From a virus: a stretch of DNA of 42,765 nt. The stretch lies in the IMG/VR virus record IMGVR_UViG_3300045988_007228, positions 1-42,765 of that record. The stretch is one strand, 5' to 3'. Under the pieces are notes generated by a model. The model had not been told where the DNA came from. It saw nothing but the letters and a program-made list of their open reading frames with translations, and did no database searches. Positions 1 through 8,597 of this stretch are shown here, in pieces. Made by a program: the position numbers and the translations under genes. Numbering within the stretch: position 1 is the first letter of the stretch; each line of letters begins with the position of its first letter.

Positions 1-55
1 AGCGGACCCGGCCATCTGGGACGCATCGCGCGGCGAGAGCATCGCGGACACGGCG
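1..55. repeat. 55-bp terminal direct repeat, copy 1 (identical to 42711..42765); overlap of a circular assembly
   Basis: Bases 1-55 (agcggacccggccatctggg...atcgcggacacggcg) recur exactly as the last 55 bases. The terminase reading frame is continuous across the junction. Confidence 0.9.
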
Positions 56-391
56 GCGCGGTATCGCGTGTACTTCACGCCGGGCGACAACAAGCGCGTG
101 CCGGGATGGATGCAGTGCCATTACAGGCTGCAGTTCGATGCGCAGGGATATGCGCGGATGTACGTCTTTGATACGTGCGAGGCGTTCATCCGCACGGTGC
201 CGCTGATGATGTACAGCCGGACAAATCCTGAGGATCTGGACACGACGCTGGAGGACCACGTCAGCGACGAGTGGCGGTATCTGTGTATGTCGCGGCCGAT
301 AAAGCCGATGCTGGCGGCGGAGGAGGAGCCGGTGCTGTCCGACCCGCTGAATCAAATGCAGAAACCGGGGCGCTACGGCGCGATCTGGTGA
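2..391 (+). CDS. terL: Terminase large subunit, C-terminal part (continuation of 41665..42765 across the circular junction)
   Basis: Frame is open from base 2 and in phase with the ORF that runs off the window end. Joined length is 478 aa. Stop at 389-391. Confidence 0.9.
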   Translation, partial: ADPAIWDASRGESIADTAARYRVYFTPGDNKRVPGWMQCHYRLQFDAQGYARMYVFDTCEAFIRTVPLMMYSRTNPEDLDTTLEDHVSDEWRYLCMSRPIKPMLAAEEEPVLSDPLNQMQKPGRYGAIW

Positions 392-409
392 TAAAAACGG
401 GAGGTAAGT

Positions 410-2347
410 ATGGACAATATCGCTATCAGCGGCGCGCAGCCGGGCACGGAGGCGCAGGCGCTCGGCGGCCAGGTGATGCCGCCGGAGGACGTGATCACGC
501 GCGAGCAGCTGCAGGAATTTTCCCGCGTGCTGCACGAGTACAAGGTGGGCAAGGCCAGCACCGAGAGACGCACGATCGCAGCGGAGCAGTGGTGGAAGCT
601 GCACAACCAGCCGGAAGAAGAGAAGGCCGGAAACCAGATGTACAGGGGCTTCCGCAGCCGGAGCTCGTGGCTGCACAACGTGATCGTGAACAAGCACGCG
701 GACGCGGTGGAATCGTACCCCGAACCGAACATCCTGCCGCGCGAGGAAGGCGACAAGCAGGAGGCTAAGATGCTGTCGGCGATCGTGCCGTGCGTGCTGG
801 AGCAGAACGCATTCGATGCGACCTGGAGCGACGCGATGTGGGCCAAAATGAAGTACGGCACGTGCGTGTACAAGATCACGTGGGACAGCGGCAAGCTCGG
901 CGGCCTCGGCGATATCAGCATCGAGCGCGTGAACGTGCTGAATCTGTTCTGGGAGCCGGGCATCACGGACATCCAGAAGAGCCGGTATGTGTACCACACG
1001 GAGCTGATGGACAACGATGCGCTCGAGGAGCAGTACCCCCAGCTGCGTGGGCAGCTCAAGGGCAACGACTTTTATGCGTCGAAGTTTTTGTACGACGACA
1101 ACGTGCCGACGGACCGGAAGAGCACGGTGATCGACGTGTACTACCATCGCGGCGGCGTGCTGCACTACTGCAAGTATATCGGCGACATCGTGCTGTACGC
1201 GACGGAAAACGATCCAGAGTACCGCGAGCGGGGGCTGTACGATCACGGGCTGTACCCGTATGTGTTCGACGCGCTGTTCCCGGTCGAGGGCTCGCCGTGC
1301 GGGTACGGTTACGTGGATATCTGCCGAAATCCTCAGACGGCCATCGACAGCCTCGGCACGAGCCTCGTGCGCAACGCCGTGGTGGGTGCGACGCCGCGAT
1401 ATTTTATGCGCGAGGACGGCAGCGTGAACGAGCAGGAGCTGCTGGACACGGAGAAACCGCTGGTGCACGTGGACGGAAACCTCGGGCAGGACAGCATCCG
1501 CCCGATCGACTACAACGCGCTGCCCGGAAACTACATCAACGTCTGGTCGACCATGGTCAACGAGCTGCGCGAGACCAGCGGAAACACCGACACGGCGACC
1601 GGCAACGTGACCTCCGGCGTGACGGCGGCGAGCGCCATCGCCGCGCTGCAGGAGGCAAGCGGCAAGGGCAGCCGGGACAGCACGCTCGCGGCATACCGCG
1701 CGTACAGCAAGATCGTGAATCTGTGCATCGAGCTGATCCGGCAGTTTTACGATCTGCCGAGATCCTTCCGGATCGTGGGCGAGCTGGGCATGGAGCAGTT
1801 CGTGTCCTACAGCAACCAGGGGCTGCAGCCGCAGGCGCAGGGCATGGCCTTCGGCGCGGACATGGGGATGCGGCTGCCGGTGTTCGACATCAAGGTGTCG
1901 GCGCAGAAGAAAAACGTGTACACCCGCGTGAGCCAGAACGAGCTGGCGCTGCAGTTTTTCCAGATGGGCTTCTTCAACCCGAGCATGACGGACCAGGCGC
2001 TGGCGTGCCTGGACATGATGGACTTTGACGGCAAGGACGGCGTGATGCAGAAGATCCAGCTCAACGGTGTGCTGGCGCAGCGGCTGCAGCAGTACCAGCA
2101 GCTGGCGCTGTCGCTGGCACAGATCGCGCGGCCGGACATGGTGCAGGGTATCGCTGCGGACATGGGCATCGCCATGCCGGTACAGGCGGGCGCAGGCGCA
2201 AACGCCGCGCCGAAGATGCAGGAAAGCGATGAGATCTCCGGCATCAAGGCCGACGAGCACCCGGTCGCCGCGAAGGCACGGGAGGCGAGCGCGAACGCTG
2301 CCCAGCCGGGCGGCGGAGCCGTGGCCAAGGGGGGCAGCAAGGCATGA
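410..2347 (+). CDS. Portal protein
   Basis: 645 aa, immediately after terL. GGGAGG RBS 6 nt upstream of the ATG. Size and position are typical of a portal, and it is followed by Prp, scaffold and capsid genes. Confidence 0.8.
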   Translation: MDNIAISGAQPGTEAQALGGQVMPPEDVITREQLQEFSRVLHEYKVGKASTERRTIAAEQWWKLHNQPEEEKAGNQMYRGFRSRSSWLHNVIVNKHADAVESYPEPNILPREEGDKQEAKMLSAIVPCVLEQNAFDATWSDAMWAKMKYGTCVYKITWDSGKLGGLGDISIERVNVLNLFWEPGITDIQKSRYVYHTELMDNDALEEQYPQLRGQLKGNDFYASKFLYDDNVPTDRKSTVIDVYYHRGGVLHYCKYIGDIVLYATENDPEYRERGLYDHGLYPYVFDALFPVEGSPCGYGYVDICRNPQTAIDSLGTSLVRNAVVGATPRYFMREDGSVNEQELLDTEKPLVHVDGNLGQDSIRPIDYNALPGNYINVWSTMVNELRETSGNTDTATGNVTSGVTAASAIAALQEASGKGSRDSTLAAYRAYSKIVNLCIELIRQFYDLPRSFRIVGELGMEQFVSYSNQGLQPQAQGMAFGADMGMRLPVFDIKVSAQKKNVYTRVSQNELALQFFQMGFFNPSMTDQALACLDMMDFDGKDGVMQKIQLNGVLAQRLQQYQQLALSLAQIARPDMVQGIAADMGIAMPVQAGAGANAAPKMQESDEISGIKADEHPVAAKAREASANAAQPGGGAVAKGGSKA

Positions 2348-2667
2348 TCGAGATTGTATACGACCGGATGAGGCTTCGGCTGACGGCTGACGGGCACGCG
2401 GGCTTCGCCGAGGCGGGGCAGGACATCGTATGCGCGGCGGTGACGATCCTTGTGTACACGCTGGCGGCCGCCGTGGGCAACATGGACGCCGCCGGGCAGG
2501 CGCGCGGCTCGAGCGTGGAGCTGGGCAGCGGGCACGCAGAGATCGTGTGCGCTGCATCGCCGCGATGGCGCGCGTGCGCGAAGATGATCTGCGACCAGAT
2601 TTGCGCAGGATTCGATATCCTGCGGCAGATGTACCCGGAGCGCGTGCGCTACGATGTGCGCGGATAA
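2344..2667 (+). CDS. prp: Prp-like cysteine protease (ribosomal-processing protease family; phage capsid/scaffold N-terminal trimming)
   Basis: 107 aa. ATGA overlap with the portal stop. Motif TADGHAGFAEAGQDIVCAAVT matches the His/Cys dyad context (GHA...DIVCAAVS) of Prp/YsxB proteins. Confidence 0.75.
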   Translation: MIEIVYDRMRLRLTADGHAGFAEAGQDIVCAAVTILVYTLAAAVGNMDAAGQARGSSVELGSGHAEIVCAASPRWRACAKMICDQICAGFDILRQMYPERVRYDVRG

Positions 2668-2684
2668 AAAATTTTCAGAGATCC

Positions 2685-2720
2685 GAGGCCGAGGGATAGA
2701 GAAAGCCCTCGGCCTTTTTG
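2685..2720 (+). terminator. Rho-independent terminator after prp
   Basis: 9-bp GC stem ggccgaggg (2687-2695) / ccctcggcc (2706-2714), 10-nt loop, then TTTTT (2715-2719). Confidence 0.7.
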
Positions 2721-2804
2721 TATGCTGGAAGTGCGAGGGTGCAGGGGCTTTCGCGTGTGTACCTCCTTTCTTTTCCCATTTTCCCATCTCCTTTTCTCTT
2801 GGCG

Positions 2805-2832
2805 CCCACGCAGCGGGGGGCTGCTGCGTGGG
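2805..2832 (+). promoter_or_regulatory. Perfect 10-bp GC-rich hairpin in the prp-scaffold gap (function unknown)
   Basis: cccacgcagc (2805-2814) / gctgcgtggg (2823-2832) with an 8-nt G-rich loop and no T-run. Preceded by a CT-only tract around 2762-2800. Confidence 0.4.
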
Positions 2833-2944
2833 TATCTATGCCGCCGCGAGGCGCACTGCAGCGATGGACTGCAAGTGCCGGTGCAACTCCGGCTGACGGC
2901 GACAGGGTCGTGGCCTACCACAGATTTTTGACGGAGGCATCCTT

Positions 2945-3991
2945 ATGCGATTTGACATCAAGGCACTGGCTATGCTGCATGGCCTGCAGGTGTTCGGCGG
3001 CGAAGGCGGCGCGGGTGGCGCGGCCGGAGGCTCTACCGGAGCGGGCGCAGGTGCAGATGGCGCAGGCGCTGCGGGCGTAACGGCTCCCGACGCCGGGGAG
3101 CGCATCCTGACCGGGCTTGGTGTCCCGGCGGACAAGATCAGCAAGCGGTCGAGAGCGCGCGTATCGGCCATGCACCGTGACGACGGGGCAGCGGCAGAGG
3201 CGGCGCAGACGCAGGACGACGCTGCAAATGGCACCGATGACGGGCAGGAAATGCCGAAGCGCCTGACGTGGGACGAGATCATGGCAGATCCCGAGTACAA
3301 CGAGCAGGCGCAGAAGATGATGCAGAAGCGGCTGGCAAAGTCGAAGAAGTCCGAGCAGGCGCTCAAGGACCTGGCGCCGGCATTGGAGCTGATGGCGCGC
3401 AAGTACGGCATCGAAGCAGAGGATATCTCCAAGCTGGACGTGCAGGCGCTGAACAAAGCTGTGACCGAGGATAAGGCGTACTACGAGGAGCGGGCGGACG
3501 AGCTCGGAATCCCCGTCGAGGAGGCCATGCGTATCGACCAGCTGGAGCGGCGCAACAAACTGCTGGAGCACCAGAACGAGCAGACGCTTGAGCAGCGCAG
3601 ACTGCAGGAGCATTTCGACGGGCTGGTGCAGCAGGCGGCGAAGCTGCAGGAGATGTATCCGGACTTTGACCTGCAGACGGAGCTGGAGAATCCGGTCTTC
3701 GCGCGGCTGACCGCGCCGGGCAGCCTGGTCAGCGTGGAGGACGCCTACTTTGCCGTGCACCGCAAGGAGATGCAGACGGCGGCGATGCAGGTGGCAGCGC
3801 AGAAGACCGCGCAGCAGATCAGCAACAGCATCCAGGCCGGGCAGCGCAGGCCGGCAGAGAACGGCAGCGCATCCCAGGCGGCATCCATTTCTGCCCCGAC
3901 GACGATGTCGCGCGCGAGACGCGACGAGATCAAGCGCCGCATGCGCAGCGCAGCGGCGAACGGGGAGAAGCTCTATCCCGGCACGTTCTGA
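2945..3991 (+). CDS. Scaffolding protein (putative)
   Basis: 348 aa between prp and the capsid gene. Gly/Ala-rich N-terminus followed by a long charged, coiled-coil-like sequence. N-terminal GLQVF/G motif resembles a Prp cleavage site. GGAGG RBS. Confidence 0.65.
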   Translation: MRFDIKALAMLHGLQVFGGEGGAGGAAGGSTGAGAGADGAGAAGVTAPDAGERILTGLGVPADKISKRSRARVSAMHRDDGAAAEAAQTQDDAANGTDDGQEMPKRLTWDEIMADPEYNEQAQKMMQKRLAKSKKSEQALKDLAPALELMARKYGIEAEDISKLDVQALNKAVTEDKAYYEERADELGIPVEEAMRIDQLERRNKLLEHQNEQTLEQRRLQEHFDGLVQQAAKLQEMYPDFDLQTELENPVFARLTAPGSLVSVEDAYFAVHRKEMQTAAMQVAAQKTAQQISNSIQAGQRRPAENGSASQAASISAPTTMSRARRDEIKRRMRSAAANGEKLYPGTF

Positions 3992-4048
3992 CGACGTGCG
4001 GCGGCTCCTCCCGGACGAACGACATTTTCTGAAAGGGGAAGCTATTTT

Positions 4049-5155
4049 ATGAAGACCATTCTTTATTCCATGCTCGGCCTGCAGCTTTTCGCGGACGCGG
4101 GCACGCTGGTCAATGCGACCGGCAACTACGTCAACGCCTCGACCGGCACGACGACTGCGTTCGACGCAACGCACACGCTCGCGCCGGAGCTCAAGACCTT
4201 CTACGACACGGAGCTGCTGGAAAATGCCCGCGCCGAGATGTTTTATGCCCAGTTCGGCAAAAAGCAGGCGCTGCCGAAAAACCACGGCGGCACGGTCGAA
4301 TGGCGCAAGTGGAACACCTTCGAGAAGGCAGGTAAGCTGACCGAAGGCGTGATCCCGACCGGCCAGAAGTTTGGCGTGACCAAGCTCGAGGGAAGCATCA
4401 CCCAGCACGGCACGTACACCAGCATCACCGACCGCCTGGAGCTGCGCGCCTACGACGACGTGATCCTCGGCGCGACCGAGGAGATGGGCGCGAGCGCGGC
4501 CGAAACGCAGGAGACGCTCATCCGCGACGCGCTGCTGACCAACACGAACGTGCTCTACTGCGACAACATCAGCGCGGCCGGCGCGTATATCTCCACGCCG
4601 ACCTCCTGCGCCGAGATGGGCGCCGGCGGCGGCACGAGCGCTGCTGACGGCTACGCCTACCTGACGCCGGACATGATCGCCAAGGCGGTCACGAAGATGA
4701 AGAAGGACCGCGTGCCGACCATCAACGGCAAGTATTACGCCGTGATCCATCCGTCCGTCGCCTACGACCTGCGCAAGTCCAACGAGTGGATCGAGGCGCA
4801 CAAGTATGCCCAGCCGGACGAGATCTATAACGGCGAGATCGGCGAGCTGCACGGCGTGCGCTTCATCGAGAACACCTTCGCGCCCGTCCTGACCGGCACG
4901 GGCTACAAGAATAAGAGCGAAGGCGCGACCTACGCGACCTACTTCTTCGGCAAGGAGGCCTTCGGCATCATTGATCCGGAGGGCGGCGCGCTGGAGATGA
5001 TCGTGCACGACAAGTCCGAGATCGGCGGCCCGCTGAACCAGTTCAGCACCATCGGCTACAAGTTCGAGACCAATGGCGCGACCGTGCTCTACCCCGAGCG
5101 CCTGCTGCGCGTGATGAGCACGTCTGCTTACAGCGCCACGGACGAAGCCAACTGA
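4049..5155 (+). CDS. Major capsid protein (HK97-fold type)
   Basis: 368 aa directly after the scaffold gene. N-terminus MKTILYSMLGLQLF/ADAG carries a Prp-type LQxF/A site. The sequence resembles phage major capsid proteins (by eye). Confidence 0.8.
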   Translation: MKTILYSMLGLQLFADAGTLVNATGNYVNASTGTTTAFDATHTLAPELKTFYDTELLENARAEMFYAQFGKKQALPKNHGGTVEWRKWNTFEKAGKLTEGVIPTGQKFGVTKLEGSITQHGTYTSITDRLELRAYDDVILGATEEMGASAAETQETLIRDALLTNTNVLYCDNISAAGAYISTPTSCAEMGAGGGTSAADGYAYLTPDMIAKAVTKMKKDRVPTINGKYYAVIHPSVAYDLRKSNEWIEAHKYAQPDEIYNGEIGELHGVRFIENTFAPVLTGTGYKNKSEGATYATYFFGKEAFGIIDPEGGALEMIVHDKSEIGGPLNQFSTIGYKFETNGATVLYPERLLRVMSTSAYSATDEAN

Positions 5156-5170
5156 GGCGAAACCAATACG

Positions 5171-5196
5171 GCCGGAGGCGCTTCGGCGTCTCCGGC
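5171..5196 (+). promoter_or_regulatory. Stable stem-loop with UUCG tetraloop just after the capsid stop (mRNA stabiliser or partial terminator)
   Basis: gccggaggcgc-ttcg-gcgtctccggc: an 11-bp stem (one G-U pair), no T-run. Confidence 0.5.
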
Positions 5197-5219
5197 TGAT
5201 GTGAGAAAGGAGCGTACCC

Positions 5220-5468
5220 ATGGCAACCGAAAAAAAGACTGAGGCTGCGGCTGAAAAGCTGCCGGATCCGTATGAGCTGGAGGAGATCTTCATCCCGCGC
5301 GCCGGCGCGAGGGAAGACCCGAACCTGTTCGTGAGCGTAAACGGCAAGAATTTTCTGATCCCGAAGGGCAAGAAGTCCAAGGTGCCGCGCTACATCGCCG
5401 ACGAGATCCGCCGGTCTGAGCGCGCGCGCGACGCCTTCGAGACGGCGGCCGCGCGGCAGGCAGAGTAA
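5220..5468 (+). CDS. Small head-associated protein, function unknown
   Basis: 82 aa. AAAGGAG RBS. Position immediately after the capsid gene. Protein-like composition. Confidence 0.6.
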   Translation: MATEKKTEAAAEKLPDPYELEEIFIPRAGAREDPNLFVSVNGKNFLIPKGKKSKVPRYIADEIRRSERARDAFETAAARQAE

Positions 5469-5473
5469 ACCAA

Positions 5474-5503
5474 AGGGAGGCGGCAATCACGCCTCCCTTT
5501 TTC
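5474..5503 (+). terminator. Rho-independent terminator
   Basis: gggaggcg (5475-5482) / cgcctccc (5490-5497), 7-nt loop, then TTTTT. Confidence 0.75.
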
Positions 5504-5522
5504 AGTACAAGGAGCAGATACT

Positions 5523-5894
5523 ATGACGATTTCGGACGCGATCACGATGGTGGACGCCCTGCGGCCAAACCAGTATTCGCGCGACATGAAGATCCGGTGG
5601 CTGTCGCGCCTTGACGGGATGATCTGGCAGGAAGTGATCCGCACGCACGAGGGCGGCACGGAGACGTTCGACGGCTACGACAGTTCGTCGATGTGCGACA
5701 CGGAGCTGCTCGTCGGCAGCCCGTATGACGAGGACGTGTACAACAACTACCTGCAGGCCATGATCGACCGCGAAAACGGCGAGGCGGGCAAATACAGCCA
5801 GAGCATCACGCTGTTCAACGCGGCGTTCGCGCGCTGGCGCAACTGGTATAACCGCGCGCACATGGCGGAGGACCCCGGAGCATTCCGGTTTTGA
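5523..5894 (+). CDS. Putative head-tail adaptor or head completion protein (unknown family)
   Basis: 123 aa. AAGGAG RBS. Position between the head and tail genes. Confidence 0.55.
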   Translation: MTISDAITMVDALRPNQYSRDMKIRWLSRLDGMIWQEVIRTHEGGTETFDGYDSSSMCDTELLVGSPYDEDVYNNYLQAMIDRENGEAGKYSQSITLFNAAFARWRNWYNRAHMAEDPGAFRF

Positions 5895-5908
5895 TGGAGG
5901 GATGACAG

Positions 5909-7894
5909 ATGCCGACATATCCGACGATTCAGGAAACGGCACGCTCGCAGCAGGTGACGGATACCTTCGGCGGCTACAACCACAACCTCAAGATCCCCGA
6001 AGGGGAGTTTTACGAGATGGAGAATCTGTGCGGCGACGATTACCCGCTGCTGGCAAACCGTGACCGGCGCGACACGGTGCTTGGCAACCTGAACAACCTG
6101 AACGCCATGACGGTGCAAAACGGATCGCTGTATTACATTGCCGGGGTGGACAGCGACCCCGGCAAGACGATGACTGGGCTGTACTGCGACGGAGAAAAGG
6201 TGATGGAGCTGGCATTCACGGGGCGGAAAAAGCTCGTGAACATGGGCGCATACCTGCTCATCTGGCCGGACAAGGTGTGGTACAACACGGCCGACGGCAC
6301 GCACGGGAACATGGAAAAGAAGTTTTCCGCTGCGGCCGGGACGTATCTTGACCACAGCCTGACATCCAGCTCAGGGCCGGATGGGCAGGAGGTCTACGAC
6401 ATCTATGTATTGTGGTATATTCACCCGTGCAGCCGGGACGGGAAAATCGTATACACGACAGGCGCGAACTATGGCGAGAAACGCGTCGTGGTTGTCGACG
6501 GAATCGAATACCACTATTTGAACTTCGTGAAGCCGAAAGAGCCCAAAAATGGCGATGCATACATCGACCGTGAGACGAGGACGCCCTACATATATAACGA
6601 CATTTCGAAAGACTGGAGCGCGCAGGATGTGCCGGTGATGCGGCTGGAATGCAAAGGCATCGGAAGCTCTTTTGCTCCCGGAGACTATATCAGGGTATCC
6701 GGCATTGACCCCGGCACGTACTCCGGCCTGAATGTCGGAGACAACCCGTCGGACGGCGTATACCGCGAGGTGCTCGTCACCGGAGAAAACTACATCGTTT
6801 TGGACGCTTACGCGCCCACGGAAGCGCATGGAATTATGAACGACACGCCGCCTGCCGAAGGGTATGTCAAGGCCGCGATGGATCTGCCGGATATGGACTA
6901 CGTCATCGAGGCGCAGAACCGCCTCTGGGGCTGCAAGTACGGCACGGTGAACGGGAAACTTGTCAACGAAATCTACGCGAGCGCGCTTGGGCGCTTCGAC
7001 GTATGGCGCAAATATGCAGGCGTGAGCACGGACAGTTACGCCGCGTCGATCGGGTCTGACGGCCGCTGGACGGGCGCCGTGAATTATCAGGGCTACCCGC
7101 TGTTTTTCAAAGAGGACCGGATGCACAAGGTGTATGTGTCCGCGAGCGGCGCGCACAGGATTCAGGAGTACACGATGCGCGGCGTGCAGCCGGGATGCGC
7201 AAGGAGCCTCGCGGTGGTCAACGGTGTGCTGTTTTACAAGGCGCGCGACGGCGTGTTCGCCTACGACGGAAGCGGCGCGCCGATTGACGTTAGCGAAAAG
7301 CTGAACCTGAAAGAGCTGCACTGGAGCGGGAACATGAGCGCAATCGCTTCGGCGTGGCGCGACAAATACTACCTGTATCTGCAGATGAGCACGCCTCCGG
7401 GAAACCGGCTGCTGGTGCTGGACACGAGCCGGGGCACATGGTATCGGGAGAGCCTACCAGTAGGCGGTGTTGTGGACTTTGCAGAGCTGGAAGGAACGCT
7501 GCTGTGCGCGACGAGCGGAGACGTGCTGGAGATCGCGCGCGACCAAACGCTGGCCTTTCGAGCGAGCGGCACGACGGAGGACACGGTGGCATGGAGCTGT
7601 GAGACGGGGCTGATCGGTTACAGCACGGTGGAGCAGAAATACGTCAGCCGGTTCAATATCCGCATGAGCCTCGCGCGTGATGCGTACATGGATGTGCTCG
7701 TGCAGTATGACTCCGACGGTGTGTGGCACAACCAGGGCCGCATCCAGGGCGTGGGAACGCGCACGTTCATGCTGCCAGTGCGGCCGAGGCGCTGCGACCA
7801 CTTCCGCATCCGGCTCGAGGGCAGCGGGGACGTGCGCATCTACAGCTTCGCAAAGATATTCGAGGCGGGGAGCGATGTGTATGCTGACATTTGA
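5909..7894 (+). CDS. Large virion structural protein, putative tail hub/nozzle
   Basis: 661 aa. GGAGGG RBS. Beta-rich repetitive sequence. Position in the structural operon. No recognisable tube, sheath or tape-measure genes nearby. Confidence 0.55.
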   Translation: MPTYPTIQETARSQQVTDTFGGYNHNLKIPEGEFYEMENLCGDDYPLLANRDRRDTVLGNLNNLNAMTVQNGSLYYIAGVDSDPGKTMTGLYCDGEKVMELAFTGRKKLVNMGAYLLIWPDKVWYNTADGTHGNMEKKFSAAAGTYLDHSLTSSSGPDGQEVYDIYVLWYIHPCSRDGKIVYTTGANYGEKRVVVVDGIEYHYLNFVKPKEPKNGDAYIDRETRTPYIYNDISKDWSAQDVPVMRLECKGIGSSFAPGDYIRVSGIDPGTYSGLNVGDNPSDGVYREVLVTGENYIVLDAYAPTEAHGIMNDTPPAEGYVKAAMDLPDMDYVIEAQNRLWGCKYGTVNGKLVNEIYASALGRFDVWRKYAGVSTDSYAASIGSDGRWTGAVNYQGYPLFFKEDRMHKVYVSASGAHRIQEYTMRGVQPGCARSLAVVNGVLFYKARDGVFAYDGSGAPIDVSEKLNLKELHWSGNMSAIASAWRDKYYLYLQMSTPPGNRLLVLDTSRGTWYRESLPVGGVVDFAELEGTLLCATSGDVLEIARDQTLAFRASGTTEDTVAWSCETGLIGYSTVEQKYVSRFNIRMSLARDAYMDVLVQYDSDGVWHNQGRIQGVGTRTFMLPVRPRRCDHFRIRLEGSGDVRIYSFAKIFEAGSDVYADI

Positions 7895-8585
7895 TTACCC
7901 GCAGACGTATGCAGTGACCGGCAGCGCAGAGGAGCAGCTTGCCCAGCTGCGCTCGTACATCTGGCAGCTCGTGGACGTGCTCAATCAGGCAGACGACGGG
8001 AACGAGGCTGGAATCGGCGCTGCAGATACTGCCGCGCTCCGTACAGAGCTGGAAAAGCTGCGAAAGGCGTTGCGGGATCTGGAAGCAAAGAGCGGGCACG
8101 GCCTCCCGAGCGGCGGAACGGCCGGGCAGACGCTGACGAAACTATCCGAAAGCGACTATGACACGGGCTGGCGCACTCCGGCCGGCGGCGGAAGCGGCGG
8201 AGGCGTAGACTATGTAACCGAGCAAGGCTTGACCGGCAAGTGGACGTGGCGCAAATGGGCATCCGGCATCGCCGAGATGTGGGCAACGTTCGACGTGGGC
8301 GAGTTGGAGATGAAAACGCAGACATGGGGTGCACTGTATACCGCATCGTGGATGGGCCTCGCGGTAAATAAGGCAGCACGCCAATACCCGTTTGCTTTTG
8401 TCGCAAACCCGGTCGTGTCGGCGACGCCAACGGTTGGTAGTGGCAACATTTGGCTCGCCACAAACACGGAAAACGATACAGGTACGCGGCTTACGCATGC
8501 CCCGGCGTATCAGTGCGTGAGAGCATCTGACGCGACGGTTAATAGCCCGCAGATCAGCTACTACGTCGTGGGCAAGTACAAGTAA
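7875..8585 (+). CDS. Tail fibre-like protein
   Basis: Start ATG 7875 (or 7881) overlaps the upstream stop. Coiled-coil N-terminus. The string LPSGGTAGQTLTKLSESDYDTGW resembles a motif common in phage fibre proteins (recalled from memory). Confidence 0.55.
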   Translation: MCMLTFDYPQTYAVTGSAEEQLAQLRSYIWQLVDVLNQADDGNEAGIGAADTAALRTELEKLRKALRDLEAKSGHGLPSGGTAGQTLTKLSESDYDTGWRTPAGGGSGGGVDYVTEQGLTGKWTWRKWASGIAEMWATFDVGELEMKTQTWGALYTASWMGLAVNKAARQYPFAFVANPVVSATPTVGSGNIWLATNTENDTGTRLTHAPAYQCVRASDATVNSPQISYYVVGKYK

Positions 8586-8597
8586 AGGAGGCCACGC

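Noticed and set aside
2915-5380. 821-aa ORF on the minus strand, opposite the scaffold and capsid genes. Similar long antisense or off-frame ORFs occur at 11297-13558 (-), 1807-2787 (-), 25628-27430 (-), 37928-39376 (+) and 39781-40500 (+).
   Set aside because: Their translations are Arg/Ala/Gly/Val/His-rich strings, typical of non-coding frames in high-GC DNA. They have no RBS-supported starts. Each lies opposite a gene with clear family motifs or normal composition.
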